Shown: positions 27,864 to 37,277 of the stretch, piece by piece | Numbering within the stretch: the stretch's first letter is position 1 | Layout of the letters: every line of letters begins with the position of its first letter | Assembly: GCA_041574955.1 (NCBI GenBank) | Contig: JBFGNS010000003.1 | Coordinates: 2,640-66,639 of the forward strand | Length of the DNA: 64,000 bases | Origin: Thermoanaerobaculia bacterium | GTDB taxonomy: Bacteria; Acidobacteriota; Thermoanaerobaculia; Multivoradales; JAHEKO01 | Direction: 5' to 3' | Notes under the pieces: model-generated | What the model was told of the DNA's origin: nothing | Seen by the model: the letters and a program-made list of their open reading frames with translations, nothing else | The model's database searches: none | Made by a program: the position numbers and the translations under genes

Positions 27864-28385
27864 TCAGCCGGCCGAGGCGCCCAGGATCTCGCTGTGGATG
27901 TAGCGCAGCAGGTTGCGCACCGAGATCGACCCCCGGAGCTCGCCGCCGTCTACGATAGGCAGGTGCCGGAACCCCTGGCTGACCATCCGGTGGATGGCGA
28001 AGGCCGGCGGATCGTGGCTGGTCAGCGTCGTCGGCCCGGGAGTCATCACCTGGCTGACCGGTGTCGTGCTCGGATCGAGGCCGGTGCGCACAAGCCGCGC
28101 CAGCACGTCGCGCTCGGTGAAGATGCCGACCAGCCGCCCGTCGTCGACCACCTGGACGCAGCCGTGACGCTCGCGACGCATCCGCTCGATGGCTTCGGCG
28201 GCGGTCGCGTCGGGCGCCACCTCCGCCTTCGGCGTCAGCTCCAGGTCGCCCAGCGAGTCGGACATCAGCCGCCCGGCGAAGCCGGAGTCGGCTTCCGGAA
28301 TGTCGAGGCCGGCGAGCTCCGAGCCGCAGCTCTCGCACAGCTCGACGCCGGGGATGTTGTCGTTGCCGCAGAACGGACAGCGCAC
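27864..28385 (-). CDS. Zinc-ribbon + CBS-pair domain protein
   Basis: N-terminal CPFC...CESC, followed by two CBS motifs (GCVQVVDDGRLVGIFTERDVL; RHLPIVDGGELRGSISVRNLL). GTG start. Confidence 0.8.
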   Translation of the reverse strand: MRCPFCGNDNIPGVELCESCGSELAGLDIPEADSGFAGRLMSDSLGDLELTPKAEVAPDATAAEAIERMRRERHGCVQVVDDGRLVGIFTERDVLARLVRTGLDPSTTPVSQVMTPGPTTLTSHDPPAFAIHRMVSQGFRHLPIVDGGELRGSISVRNLLRYIHSEILGASAG

Positions 28386-28388
28386 GGC

Positions 28389-28862
28389 TCAGCCCCCCTC
28401 GGGCCGCGCCAGCTGCTGGTGCAGGCGCGGCGGCAGGTTGAGCACCGCCTCGGGAAAGTGCTCGGCGATGTAGCGCAGCACGTTGCGGCTCGACACCATT
28501 CCGACCCAGCGTCCTTCGGAGTCGACCAGCGGCAGGTTGCGGAAGCCGCGCTCGGTCATCGCCCGCACCGCCTCGCGCAGCGGCTGGTGGAGCTCAATGG
28601 TCAGCGGCTCGGGAGTCATCAGCTCGCCGATCGGGGTGTCGGGGTCGACCCGCTCGAGCGCCACCCGGAACAGCAAGTCGCGCTGGGTGAAGATGCCCAC
28701 CACCCGGCGGTCGTCGCACACCGCGACGGCGTTGAAGCGCCGGCGGTCGAGAATCTCGCACACCTCGCCGAGCGAGGTCGAGCGGCTGACCGCCTCGCCG
28801 CTCTCCAGCCGCAGATCGCGGATGGTCGCGCTCTTCAGGATCTCCTCGATCTGGCGTGCCAT
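28389..28862 (-). CDS. CBS-pair domain protein
   Basis: Shows AVAVCDDRRVVGIFTQRDLL and RNLPLVDSEGRWVGMVSSRNVL. Confidence 0.8.
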   Translation of the reverse strand: MARQIEEILKSATIRDLRLESGEAVSRSTSLGEVCEILDRRRFNAVAVCDDRRVVGIFTQRDLLFRVALERVDPDTPIGELMTPEPLTIELHQPLREAVRAMTERGFRNLPLVDSEGRWVGMVSSRNVLRYIAEHFPEAVLNLPPRLHQQLARPEGG

Positions 28863-28962
28863 CGGAAACCCCAAGGCTAGCACAACCGCCGGGCGGGGGC
28901 CCCGCGCGGATAGCGGCCGGAACTTAGGACATCACCCCCCGCGCCGCTAGAATGCGCCCGCC

Positions 28963-31200
28963 ATGGTGAAGGAGTTCGATCCGCTCGACGAGCCGGCGCC
29001 GACCGCGCCCGACAAGCGGTCCGGCGGCGGACTGCTCGATCTGCCGCTGGGCGGCGACGAGCCGGCCGCGCCGGCAGCCGAGCGGCCCGCCACGCCCCCG
29101 CCCTGGCGGCCCCGTCACGAGCGGCGCCGTCACGAGCGGCGCCCGCGGCGCGGCGGCTGGTGGCTGCCGCTGCTGCTGCTGGTGGTGGCGGCCGGCGGTT
29201 GGTGGTTGTGGCCGCGCGGGGCGCCGGCGCGCGCGGTGGTGTCGGCCGAGGAGCTCGACTTCGGCACCCGGACGATCGCCGGTGAGGGCGAGCCGCTCGA
29301 GCTGCGCATCGGCAACGGCGGCGAGCGGCCGCTGCGCATCCGGCGGCTCGAGCTGGCCGGCCCGGCGGCCGAGCTGTTCTCGGTCGCCGCCGAGGCCTGC
29401 GTCGGGCGGCGGCTGGCGGCCGGCGAGGAGTGCCTGGCAGCGGTCGACTACCGGCCGCGAGTCTCCGGCAGCCACGAGGCGGCGCTGCGGCTGGTGGCGC
29501 GGGCCGAGAACGCGCCGCTCGAGCTGCCGCTGCGCGGCCGCGGCGTGGCTCCGCGGCTGGTCGTCGAGCCGGCGGCGGTCGAGTTCGACCCGCTGCCGAT
29601 CGGTGGCCGCAGCCCGGCGGCCACGGTCGAGCTGGCGAGTGCCGGCGACGCCCCGCTCGAGCTGGGGGAGATCGCCATCGCCGGCGATGCCGCCGCTGAC
29701 TTCCGGCTGGAGCGCGACCGCTGCTCGGGCCGCACCGTTGAGCCGGGCCGCGACTGCGGGCTGCGGCTGGCGTTTGTGCCCAGCGCCGAGGGCGAGCGCC
29801 GAGCGCGGCTGTCGATCGCCAGCAGCTCGGTCGACGGCTTGGTGACGGTAGCGCTGGCCGGGTCGGGCCTGCCGGCGCCCGAGGTTGCGCTGGCGCCGTC
29901 GCGGCTGGTGTTCGGCGAGCAGCTGGTCGGCGGCCGCTCGGCGGCCCGCAAGCTGAGTCTCACCAACCGTGGCCGCTCCCGGCTGGAGCTGGGCGCGGCG
30001 CGTCTGGCGCCGGACGGCGGCGCCTTCAAGCTCACCGCCGACAGCTGCTCGCGCCGCGCCCTGGCGCCCGGCGCCGGCTGCGTCCTGGAGGTGGTCTTCG
30101 CCCCCGGCGCCGAGGGCGAGGCGGCGCGCCGCGTGGAGCTGCCGCAGGCCGGCGGCACCGGGCTGGCCTGGAGCGCCGAGCTGGCGGGCACCGGGGTGGC
30201 GCCGCGGCTCGAGTGGTCGGCGCAGCGGCTGGAATGGTCCGAGGAGCGGGTCGGTACCGCGGCCCCGGCGCGCGAGCTGAGGCTGGCCAACCGCGGCAGC
30301 GGTGCCCTGCGGCTCGAGTCGCTGCGCCTCGGCGGCAGCGATGCCGACGCCTTCGTGGTCACCGAGGACCGCTGCAGCCAGACTTCGCTCGATCCCGGCG
30401 AGAGCTGCACCCTGACCGTCGGCTTCCGCCCGCGCCGCCTGGGTGAGCACACCGCCACGCTCACCGCGGCGGGCCCCGCCCTGCGCGGCGACCGCTCGGC
30501 GGAGCTGTCGGGTAGCGGCAGTGCAGGCCGGCTCGAGGTCGGCGCCGAGCGGCTCGAGTTCGGCAGCGTGCGGGTGACCGAGGCGACCACCCGCGAGGTG
30601 ACGCTCGGCAACGCCGGCAACGCGGCCCTGACCCTGCGCGGCTTTACGGCCGCCGGCGACGCGGCGGGCGACTTCCGGGTCGCCGGCAGCTGCCGGGCGG
30701 GCGCTGCGCTGGAGCCCGGCGAGAGCTGTGAGCTGGTGGTGCGCTTCTCGCCGCTGCGGCCCGGCGGCCGGGTCGCCCAGCTCGAGGTGGTACACGACGG
30801 GGTGGGAGGCAGCGGACGTCTCGGCCTATCGGGCGCGGCGCTGCCGCCGCCGGTGGGCGAGCTCGACGTCGAGCCGGCCTCTCTGCCGTTCGGCCAGGTG
30901 CCGGTAGGTCAGCGCAGCGCCATCGTCTCGCTCACCCTGTCGAACGACGGCCCCGGCCCGGTCAGCGTGCTCGGCTTCGAGCTGCGCGGCCGCGATGCCG
31001 GCGACTTCCGGCTGGTGCCGGGCAGCTGCGAGGGCATTCCCTACCTGGCGGCGCGCGGCCGCTGCGGCGTCGGGGTGAGGTTCCTGCCGCAGGCGCCCGG
31101 CGAGCGGCGCGCCGTGCTGGTGATCCGCCACAACGCCCCGGGCGGCGAGCGGCAGATCGCGCTGACCGGCTACGGCCTGTCGTCCGGCGGCCTGCCGTAG
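28963..31200 (+). CDS. Membrane-anchored protein with six tandem ~105-aa choice-of-anchor-D / ASH(HYDIN)-like Ig-fold repeats
   Basis: Arg-rich N-terminus (HERRRHERR), one TM segment (WWLPLLLLVVAAGGWWLW), then six repeats. Each repeat has FG...G...L.L.N.G...L...G..A.DF......C.....L.PG..C.L.V.F.P...G...A.L. Confidence 0.75.
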   Translation: MVKEFDPLDEPAPTAPDKRSGGGLLDLPLGGDEPAAPAAERPATPPPWRPRHERRRHERRPRRGGWWLPLLLLVVAAGGWWLWPRGAPARAVVSAEELDFGTRTIAGEGEPLELRIGNGGERPLRIRRLELAGPAAELFSVAAEACVGRRLAAGEECLAAVDYRPRVSGSHEAALRLVARAENAPLELPLRGRGVAPRLVVEPAAVEFDPLPIGGRSPAATVELASAGDAPLELGEIAIAGDAAADFRLERDRCSGRTVEPGRDCGLRLAFVPSAEGERRARLSIASSSVDGLVTVALAGSGLPAPEVALAPSRLVFGEQLVGGRSAARKLSLTNRGRSRLELGAARLAPDGGAFKLTADSCSRRALAPGAGCVLEVVFAPGAEGEAARRVELPQAGGTGLAWSAELAGTGVAPRLEWSAQRLEWSEERVGTAAPARELRLANRGSGALRLESLRLGGSDADAFVVTEDRCSQTSLDPGESCTLTVGFRPRRLGEHTATLTAAGPALRGDRSAELSGSGSAGRLEVGAERLEFGSVRVTEATTREVTLGNAGNAALTLRGFTAAGDAAGDFRVAGSCRAGAALEPGESCELVVRFSPLRPGGRVAQLEVVHDGVGGSGRLGLSGAALPPPVGELDVEPASLPFGQVPVGQRSAIVSLTLSNDGPGPVSVLGFELRGRDAGDFRLVPGSCEGIPYLAARGRCGVGVRFLPQAPGERRAVLVIRHNAPGGERQIALTGYGLSSGGLP

Positions 31201-31229
31201 CAGCGGCCAGCGGCGGCGGCCGCCGCCGA

Positions 31230-32089
31230 CTACTGCAGGCTGAGGTGCACCAGCCTGCCGCCGCCGCGCAGCTCGACGTGGCGCGGACCGATCCGCTCGA
31301 TGGTGAACTCGCCGACCGTGTCGCCGGTTCCCAGCACGCGGCCGTTGATCAGGGCGAACGGACCCGTCTCGGACCAGGCGATGCCGCCCAGCTCGATGCT
31401 GGCGCCGTCCGGCGCGGAGAAGCGCTGGACGTGGCTCTCGGCCTCGGACGGTCCTGCCGGGGTGCGCCCGACGCTCGCCGGCGCCGGGTCGGCCAGCACC
31501 AGCACCAGGCCGGAGGCGGGATCGCTGATCGCGGTGGGCTGAGGTGGCGCGGGCTGGGTGGCGTCGGCTGCCGCCGGTCCGGGGGTGACCGGTGACGGGT
31601 CGGCCGGCAGCGCGGCCGGCGGTGCGGCCGCCTGGTTCGTCGCCGGCGGGCCGGGCTCCCGCCGCGCCGGTTCGGGCCGAGGCTCTGCCGGTCGGTCGGG
31701 CGGGGCGTCGGCAGCTGGGGTACCGGCCGCCGGGGCACTGGCGGGGAGCGGCAGCCCCTCCGCCCCGGACCGGGCCGGGGCGTCGTCGACGGTTTGCTCC
31801 GCTCCCGCGGCGATCGGCACAGCCGGTACCGGCCGGGTGGCCTGGACCGCGGCCGGCGCTGCGACGGCGGCGGTGCGTTCCAGCTCCGCCGGCCCCCGCC
31901 GAGAAAGCACCAGTCCGCCGAGCAGCCCGAGCAGCATCGCGGCCGCCACCAGCGCCGGCACGAGCCAGGCGGGCCGGCGCGGCTTGCCGGAGACGTGGCG
32001 CGGGATCGCCGGGTAGGGCAGGCCCTCGCGTTCGGCCGCCTTCTGCGCCGCCTCCATGCGGGCGCGCTTCAGCGCTTCGTCGATCAGGC

Positions 32090-32093
<4 letters not shown>
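31230..32093 (-). CDS. GspB/ExeB-like protein (general secretion pathway protein B C-terminal domain)
   Basis: N-terminus MSLIDEALKRA; one TM segment; long Pro/Ala-rich linker. The C-terminus ELGGIAWSETGPFALINGRVLGTGDTVGEFTIERIGPRHVEL is typical of T2SS-B. ATGA overlap with the upstream ExeA-like gene. Confidence 0.7.
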
Positions 32094-32902
<809 letters not shown>

Positions 32903-33063
32903 CGGGGGCTTTTGGACGCCGGAGGCGCGCTGGGGCAGTGTAGCAGTGGGAAGCGCAGCGGGGGATCTCGGTACCCACCACTGGCGGGACACAGCCAGCT
33001 CCGGTTGACCGGGGCGGTGCGCCACCGCCCTTCCCCGGAGGCTTGGCTTGCATCGCCAATTGA

Positions 33064-33260
33064 GGCCGTGGGGGCCTCTTCTTCCCCGGCGGGCGGCTGG
33101 GGAGCCCGCATCTGCCGGAGTGGGACTTCGACGCCGCCCGGCTCGCAGTCCGGTCTGTTGCCTTCAGCACCGCCGCGCCCCTTTCGGGCCTGCGGCCCGA
33201 ATTCAGGGCGCGGCCAGGCGGGCGACGCCGCCCGCCGGGGAAGAAGAGGCCCCCACGGCC
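33064..33260. repeat. Perfect 33-bp inverted repeat flanking a 131-bp structured spacer (MITE-like element or long-stem RNA)
   Basis: The sequence at 33064-33096, GGCCGTGGGGGCCTCTTCTTCCCCGGCGGGCGG, is the exact reverse complement of 33228-33260. Confidence 0.85.
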
Positions 33261-33520
33261 GACATGGCTGGGGGGTTGGGGAACCTCGGCGTCCGGGTGA
33301 GGTCACTCTTGGTGCCAGGTCGCTCGCGGCGTACAGCACCCGGGTCGGAGGCGGACGGTGCTCAGCACCCGGAGTCCGACCCCGGCGCTTTTCGCCGCTG
33401 TCATCCTGAGCGGAGCGAAGGACCTCAGCACGATCCCCGGCAAGCGCACCACGGTTCATCGACTCACCCGGAGTCCGACTCGCGTGCTGCTGATAGCTTT
33501 CGCCCCGGAGGAACGACGTG

Positions 33521-34888
33521 ATGAGAGCGAAGTTGGCGTTGGGTCTTGTGGCCGGGTGGCTGGCGGCGGGAGTGTCGGTTGGACAGGAGTACGGGGGGTT
33601 CGAGCAGGGGCGGGAGGTGATGCCGCCGGAGCGGTCGCTGCCGCAGCGTGAGCGGGTGGAGCCGGTCAACCGGATGCTCGAGCGGCGGCTCGAGGAGCTG
33701 CTGCCGCGGCTGATGCGCGAGACCGGCTTCGACATGTGGCTGGTGATCAACCGCGAGTACGCCGAGGACCCGGTCTACTTCAGCCTGGTGCCCGAGCCGG
33801 TGTTCGCGGCCCGCCGCACCACCATGCTGGTGTTTCACGACCGCGGTCCGGACGCCGGGGTGGAGCGGCTGACGGTAAGCCGCTATCCGCTGGGCCAGCT
33901 GTACCAGCCGGCGTGGGAGGGCGGAGACCTGGACGAGCAGTGGCGTCGGCTGGCCGAGGTGGTCCGCGAGCGCGATCCGCGCCGCATCGGCATCAACGTC
34001 AGCCGCCACTGGCCGGTGGCCGACGGCCTGACGGCGGCCCTGCGGGACCGGCTGGAGGAGGCGCTGGGCGCCGAGCTCTCCGGCCGCCTGGCGGGCGCAG
34101 AGCGGCTGGTGGTCCGCTGGCTGGAGACCCGCAGCGCCGAGGAGCTGGCGGCCTACCCGGCGGTCGTGGCGCTGGCACGCGGCGTCATCGCCGAGGCGTT
34201 CTCGAGCCGGGTGATCACGCCGGGGGTGACCACCACCGACGACGTCGCCTGGTTCATCCGCCAGCGGTTCGCGGACCTCGACCTGCCGGCCTGGTTCATG
34301 CCGTCGGTCGACCTGCAACGCCAGGGCAGCACCCAGTGCGACTCGTCGACTCCGTTCTGCGGCGATTCGGGCGTCATCCAGCCTGGCGACGTGCTGCATA
34401 CCGACGTCGGCATCTGCTACCTCGGGCTGTGCACGGACACCCAGGAGATGGGCTACGTGGCGCGCCTCGGCGAGGCCGGCGTGCCGGCCGGCCTCGAGGC
34501 GGCGCTGGCCGACGGCAACCGGTGGCAGGACCTGCTGACGGCCGAGTTCGCCAACGGGCGCACCGGCAACGAGATCCTGGCGGCGGCGCGCGCGGCCTCG
34601 GCGGCCGCCGGCCTCGACGCCAGCATCTACACCCATCCGCTCGGCGTCTTCGGTCACGCTCCGGGGCCGACCATCGGCATGTGGGACAACCAGGGCGACA
34701 CGCCGGTGCAGGGCGAATGGCCACTCCATCCGGCCACCGGCTACGCCATCGAGGGCAACGTCAAGGCGGCGGTTCCCGAATGGGACGGCGGCCTGGTGCA
34801 GATCAAGCTCGAGCAGAGCGCGGTGTGGGACGGCGGGCGGGTGGTCTACCTGGCCGGCCGCCAGACCCGCTGGCACGTGGTGCGGTAG
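33521..34888 (+). CDS. Secreted M24-family metallopeptidase (Xaa-Pro peptidase-like)
   Basis: Signal peptide. Pita-bread metal-ligand contexts (GDVLHTDVGICYLGLCTDTQ, HPLGVFGH, YAIEGN). GGAGGA upstream; an alternative GTG lies at 33518. Confidence 0.75.
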   Translation: MRAKLALGLVAGWLAAGVSVGQEYGGFEQGREVMPPERSLPQRERVEPVNRMLERRLEELLPRLMRETGFDMWLVINREYAEDPVYFSLVPEPVFAARRTTMLVFHDRGPDAGVERLTVSRYPLGQLYQPAWEGGDLDEQWRRLAEVVRERDPRRIGINVSRHWPVADGLTAALRDRLEEALGAELSGRLAGAERLVVRWLETRSAEELAAYPAVVALARGVIAEAFSSRVITPGVTTTDDVAWFIRQRFADLDLPAWFMPSVDLQRQGSTQCDSSTPFCGDSGVIQPGDVLHTDVGICYLGLCTDTQEMGYVARLGEAGVPAGLEAALADGNRWQDLLTAEFANGRTGNEILAAARAASAAAGLDASIYTHPLGVFGHAPGPTIGMWDNQGDTPVQGEWPLHPATGYAIEGNVKAAVPEWDGGLVQIKLEQSAVWDGGRVVYLAGRQTRWHVVR

Positions 34889-34917
34889 ACGGGTGCCGGC
34901 GCGCCCGGCGGGGCCGT

Positions 34918-35790
34918 CTAGCGGCGGCGCAGCCGCGCCAACGCCTCGCGGTGCGGCAGAGCGGGATCGTAGGCGTCGAGGAACGCGGCCAGCGCCGCGC
35001 GGTCGGGGCGGTGGCCGGCCAGCTCGGCCCACTTGAGGAACGGCACCAGGAACGGGGCGGCGCGCTCCAGCTCCAGGCGCAGCAGCTCGGCCGTGATGCC
35101 GCCGTGCTCGGCGAAGCCGGTGGTGCGGTAGATCTCGAAGATCTCGGCGCGGTCATACTCGACCCGGCGCAGCTCCACCCGCCAGCCGTCGCGGTCGTGG
35201 TGGAACAGCGTGTACTGGGCGCGCGGGTCGCGGTCGAACGGCAGTCCCACCGAGCCGACGTTGACCACCCGGCCGGCCGGCAGGCGGCGGTCCATCGGCC
35301 GGTGGGTGTGGCCGCACGCCAGGATCTCGGCGTCCACCGACTCGAGCTGCCGGGCCAGCTCGCCGTCGCCGGTCCACGGCCCCAGGCCGGCGTTGGCCGA
35401 CTCCGGAGTGCCGTGAACCAGCAGCAGTCCCGGGCGCAGCTCGGAGCGCAGCCGCGGCGGCAGCGACTCGAGGTACGCCACGTCGTCGTCGCTCAGCTCG
35501 GCGGCCATCCAGCGCGACGCCGCCCACTCGTCCTCGTGCCACCAGTCGGGCGGCACCCGGCGGTGGCGGAAGTCGAGCATGTAGTCCTCGTGGTTGCCGC
35601 GCACCGACGGCCAGCCGGTGGCGCGCAGCGTGGCCACCACCCGGCTGCCCTGCGGGCCGCGGCCGACCAGGTCGCCGCCCACCAGCACCTCGTCCGGCCG
35701 CTGCCGTCGGAGGTCGGCGAGCACCGCTTCGAGCGCGGGCATGTTGCCGTGGACGTCGGCCAGCACGGCGATGGTCACGGAGTCGGACAT
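34918..35790 (-). CDS. Metallophosphoesterase family protein
   Basis: Shows IAVLADVHGN, GGDLVGRG, VRGNHE, CGHTH and GSVG. Confidence 0.85.
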   Translation of the reverse strand: MSDSVTIAVLADVHGNMPALEAVLADLRRQRPDEVLVGGDLVGRGPQGSRVVATLRATGWPSVRGNHEDYMLDFRHRRVPPDWWHEDEWAASRWMAAELSDDDVAYLESLPPRLRSELRPGLLLVHGTPESANAGLGPWTGDGELARQLESVDAEILACGHTHRPMDRRLPAGRVVNVGSVGLPFDRDPRAQYTLFHHDRDGWRVELRRVEYDRAEIFEIYRTTGFAEHGGITAELLRLELERAAPFLVPFLKWAELAGHRPDRAALAAFLDAYDPALPHREALARLRRR

Positions 35791-35910
35791 CGAACAAGCC
35801 TCGCTGGGGCGCGGCCAGGATACCCGCGAGGGCCCCACCCTCCCAACCCCCCCCTCCAACTCCCCACTGCCCCGACCCGCGGACTCGCGGCCGCCGGGAG
35901 ACCCAGGGCG

Positions 35911-36675
35911 TCAGTAGAACCAGACCGACGAGCCGTTCGGCCGCCTGGCGGCCGGCTGCGCGCGCCCGAGCCGCCAGCCCAGCAGGCGGCTCCGTTCGGC
36001 CGCCAGGAAGCTCCAGCGCACTGGCAGGTGGCCGGCCGGCGTCGGTGGCGCCGCCCGCCAGCCGCCGCAAACGGTGCTCCAGGCGGTGCGGCGAGCCGCG
36101 CGGCGCAGGTGGATGGCGTCGGCCCGCAGCCAGCTCGGTTCGAGCTCGGCGAGCCGGACGCCGTGGACGACCGCCAGCCGGCGCAGACCGGCGCTCACCT
36201 GCTCGAGCCGGCGCACGATGCGCTGCTGGGAGAAGCCGCGGCCGGGAAACAGCAGGCTGCGGAACAGCAGGAACCGCCAGCGCGCGAGCCGCGCCACCGA
36301 GGCTACCGGCGGTAGCGTCAGGACGGTGTCGGCGCCGGCCTCGACCAGCCGCTCGAGACAGCCCGCGACCGCCTCCAGCGTACGCTCCGGGGTGACGCCG
36401 TAGACCAGGTCGTTGCCGACGTCGGCCACCACGGCACGGGTCGGCAGCGGCCGGCCGGCGAGCCGCGACCACAGCCCGGTGCCGGCGATCGGCGGCAGCT
36501 CGCGCAGGCCGAAGCGGCTCCAGGTCGCGTACGCCCGGCCGTGGCCCGCCGCCGCCAGCAGCTCGACCGGCCCGGGCGCCCAGCCGGTGGCGCCGAGCGC
36601 GGCCACCATACCGAGCGCGGGCGTCAGGTTGCTGGCGCCCAGCAGCACCAGCCGGCTGGTCGCCACCTCGCTCAA
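35911..36675 (-). CDS. SGNH/GDSL-hydrolase-like protein
   Basis: Shows LLGASN (block I variant), ADVGNDL (block III) and DAIHL (block V). Confidence 0.5.
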   Translation of the reverse strand: MSEVATSRLVLLGASNLTPALGMVAALGATGWAPGPVELLAAAGHGRAYATWSRFGLRELPPIAGTGLWSRLAGRPLPTRAVVADVGNDLVYGVTPERTLEAVAGCLERLVEAGADTVLTLPPVASVARLARWRFLLFRSLLFPGRGFSQQRIVRRLEQVSAGLRRLAVVHGVRLAELEPSWLRADAIHLRRAARRTAWSTVCGGWRAAPPTPAGHLPVRWSFLAAERSRLLGWRLGRAQPAARRPNGSSVWFY

Positions 36676-36677
36676 AG

Positions 36678-37277
36678 CTACGGGTACAGCCGCTGCCGGG
36701 TCCAGCCGCCCTCGTCCGGCAGGTAGAGGAAGCGGTCGTGCAGCCGGTGGATCTGGTTGTGCCAGATCTCGATGCGCTCGGCCGCCAGCCGGTAGCCGCC
36801 CCAGAACTCGGGCCGCGGCACCTCGCGGCCGGCGAACTTCGCCTCGAAGCGGGCGAAGCGCGCCACCAGCTCGGTGCGCGAGGCGAGCGGCGCGCTCTGG
36901 CGGGAGGCCCAGGCGCCGATCTGGCTGCGCCGCGCGCGGCTGGCGAAGTAGGCGTCCGACTCGGCGTCGTCGATGCGCTCGACCGGCCCCTCCACCCGCA
37001 CCTGGCGCTCCAGGGTCGGCCAGTAGAAGCAGAGCGCGGCGCGCGGATTGGCGGCCAGCTCGGCGGCCTTGCGGCTGGCGTGGTTGGTGAAGAACACGAA
37101 GCCGCGCTCGTCGGCGTGCTTGAGCAGCACCATGCGGTTCGACGGCCGGCCGTCGGCGTCGGCGGTGGCCAGGCTGCAGGCGGTGGCGTCGCCCGGCTCG
37201 CCGGCGCGGGCGCGCTCGAGCAGCTGGTGGAACTCGGCGAGCGGATCGGCTCGAGTGGTCACGGCGCCAAGCTCCAC
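36678..37277 (-). CDS. pdxH: Pyridoxamine 5'-phosphate oxidase
   Basis: Shows PSNRMVLLK, FVFFTN..SRK, LERQVRVEG, YFASR...SQIGAWAS.QS, EFWGGYR and IEIWH...RLHDR. GTG start directly after the upstream stop. Confidence 0.9.
   Translation of the reverse strand: MELGAVTTRADPLAEFHQLLERARAGEPGDATACSLATADADGRPSNRMVLLKHADERGFVFFTNHASRKAAELAANPRAALCFYWPTLERQVRVEGPVERIDDAESDAYFASRARRSQIGAWASRQSAPLASRTELVARFARFEAKFAGREVPRPEFWGGYRLAAERIEIWHNQIHRLHDRFLYLPDEGGWTRQRLYP

Noticed and set aside
31211-31228. An 18-nt perfect GC palindrome (CGGCGGCGGCCGCCGCCG) between convergent genes, and a similar short hairpin at 20677-20693. Either could be a bidirectional terminator.
   Set aside because: Neither has a U-tract on either strand, and such GC palindromes arise readily at this GC content. 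The evidence is too weak to call them features.
32945-33040. A possible tRNA-Sec or other structured RNA on the minus strand (GGGAAG...CTTCCC ends, a TCA-containing loop, and an 8-bp hairpin at 33012-33030).
   Set aside because: There is no TPsiC-type loop (GGTACCGAGATCC instead of GGTTCGAnTCC). The acceptor, D and variable arms cannot be formed. It is most likely just the leader or promoter region of the ExeA-like gene.
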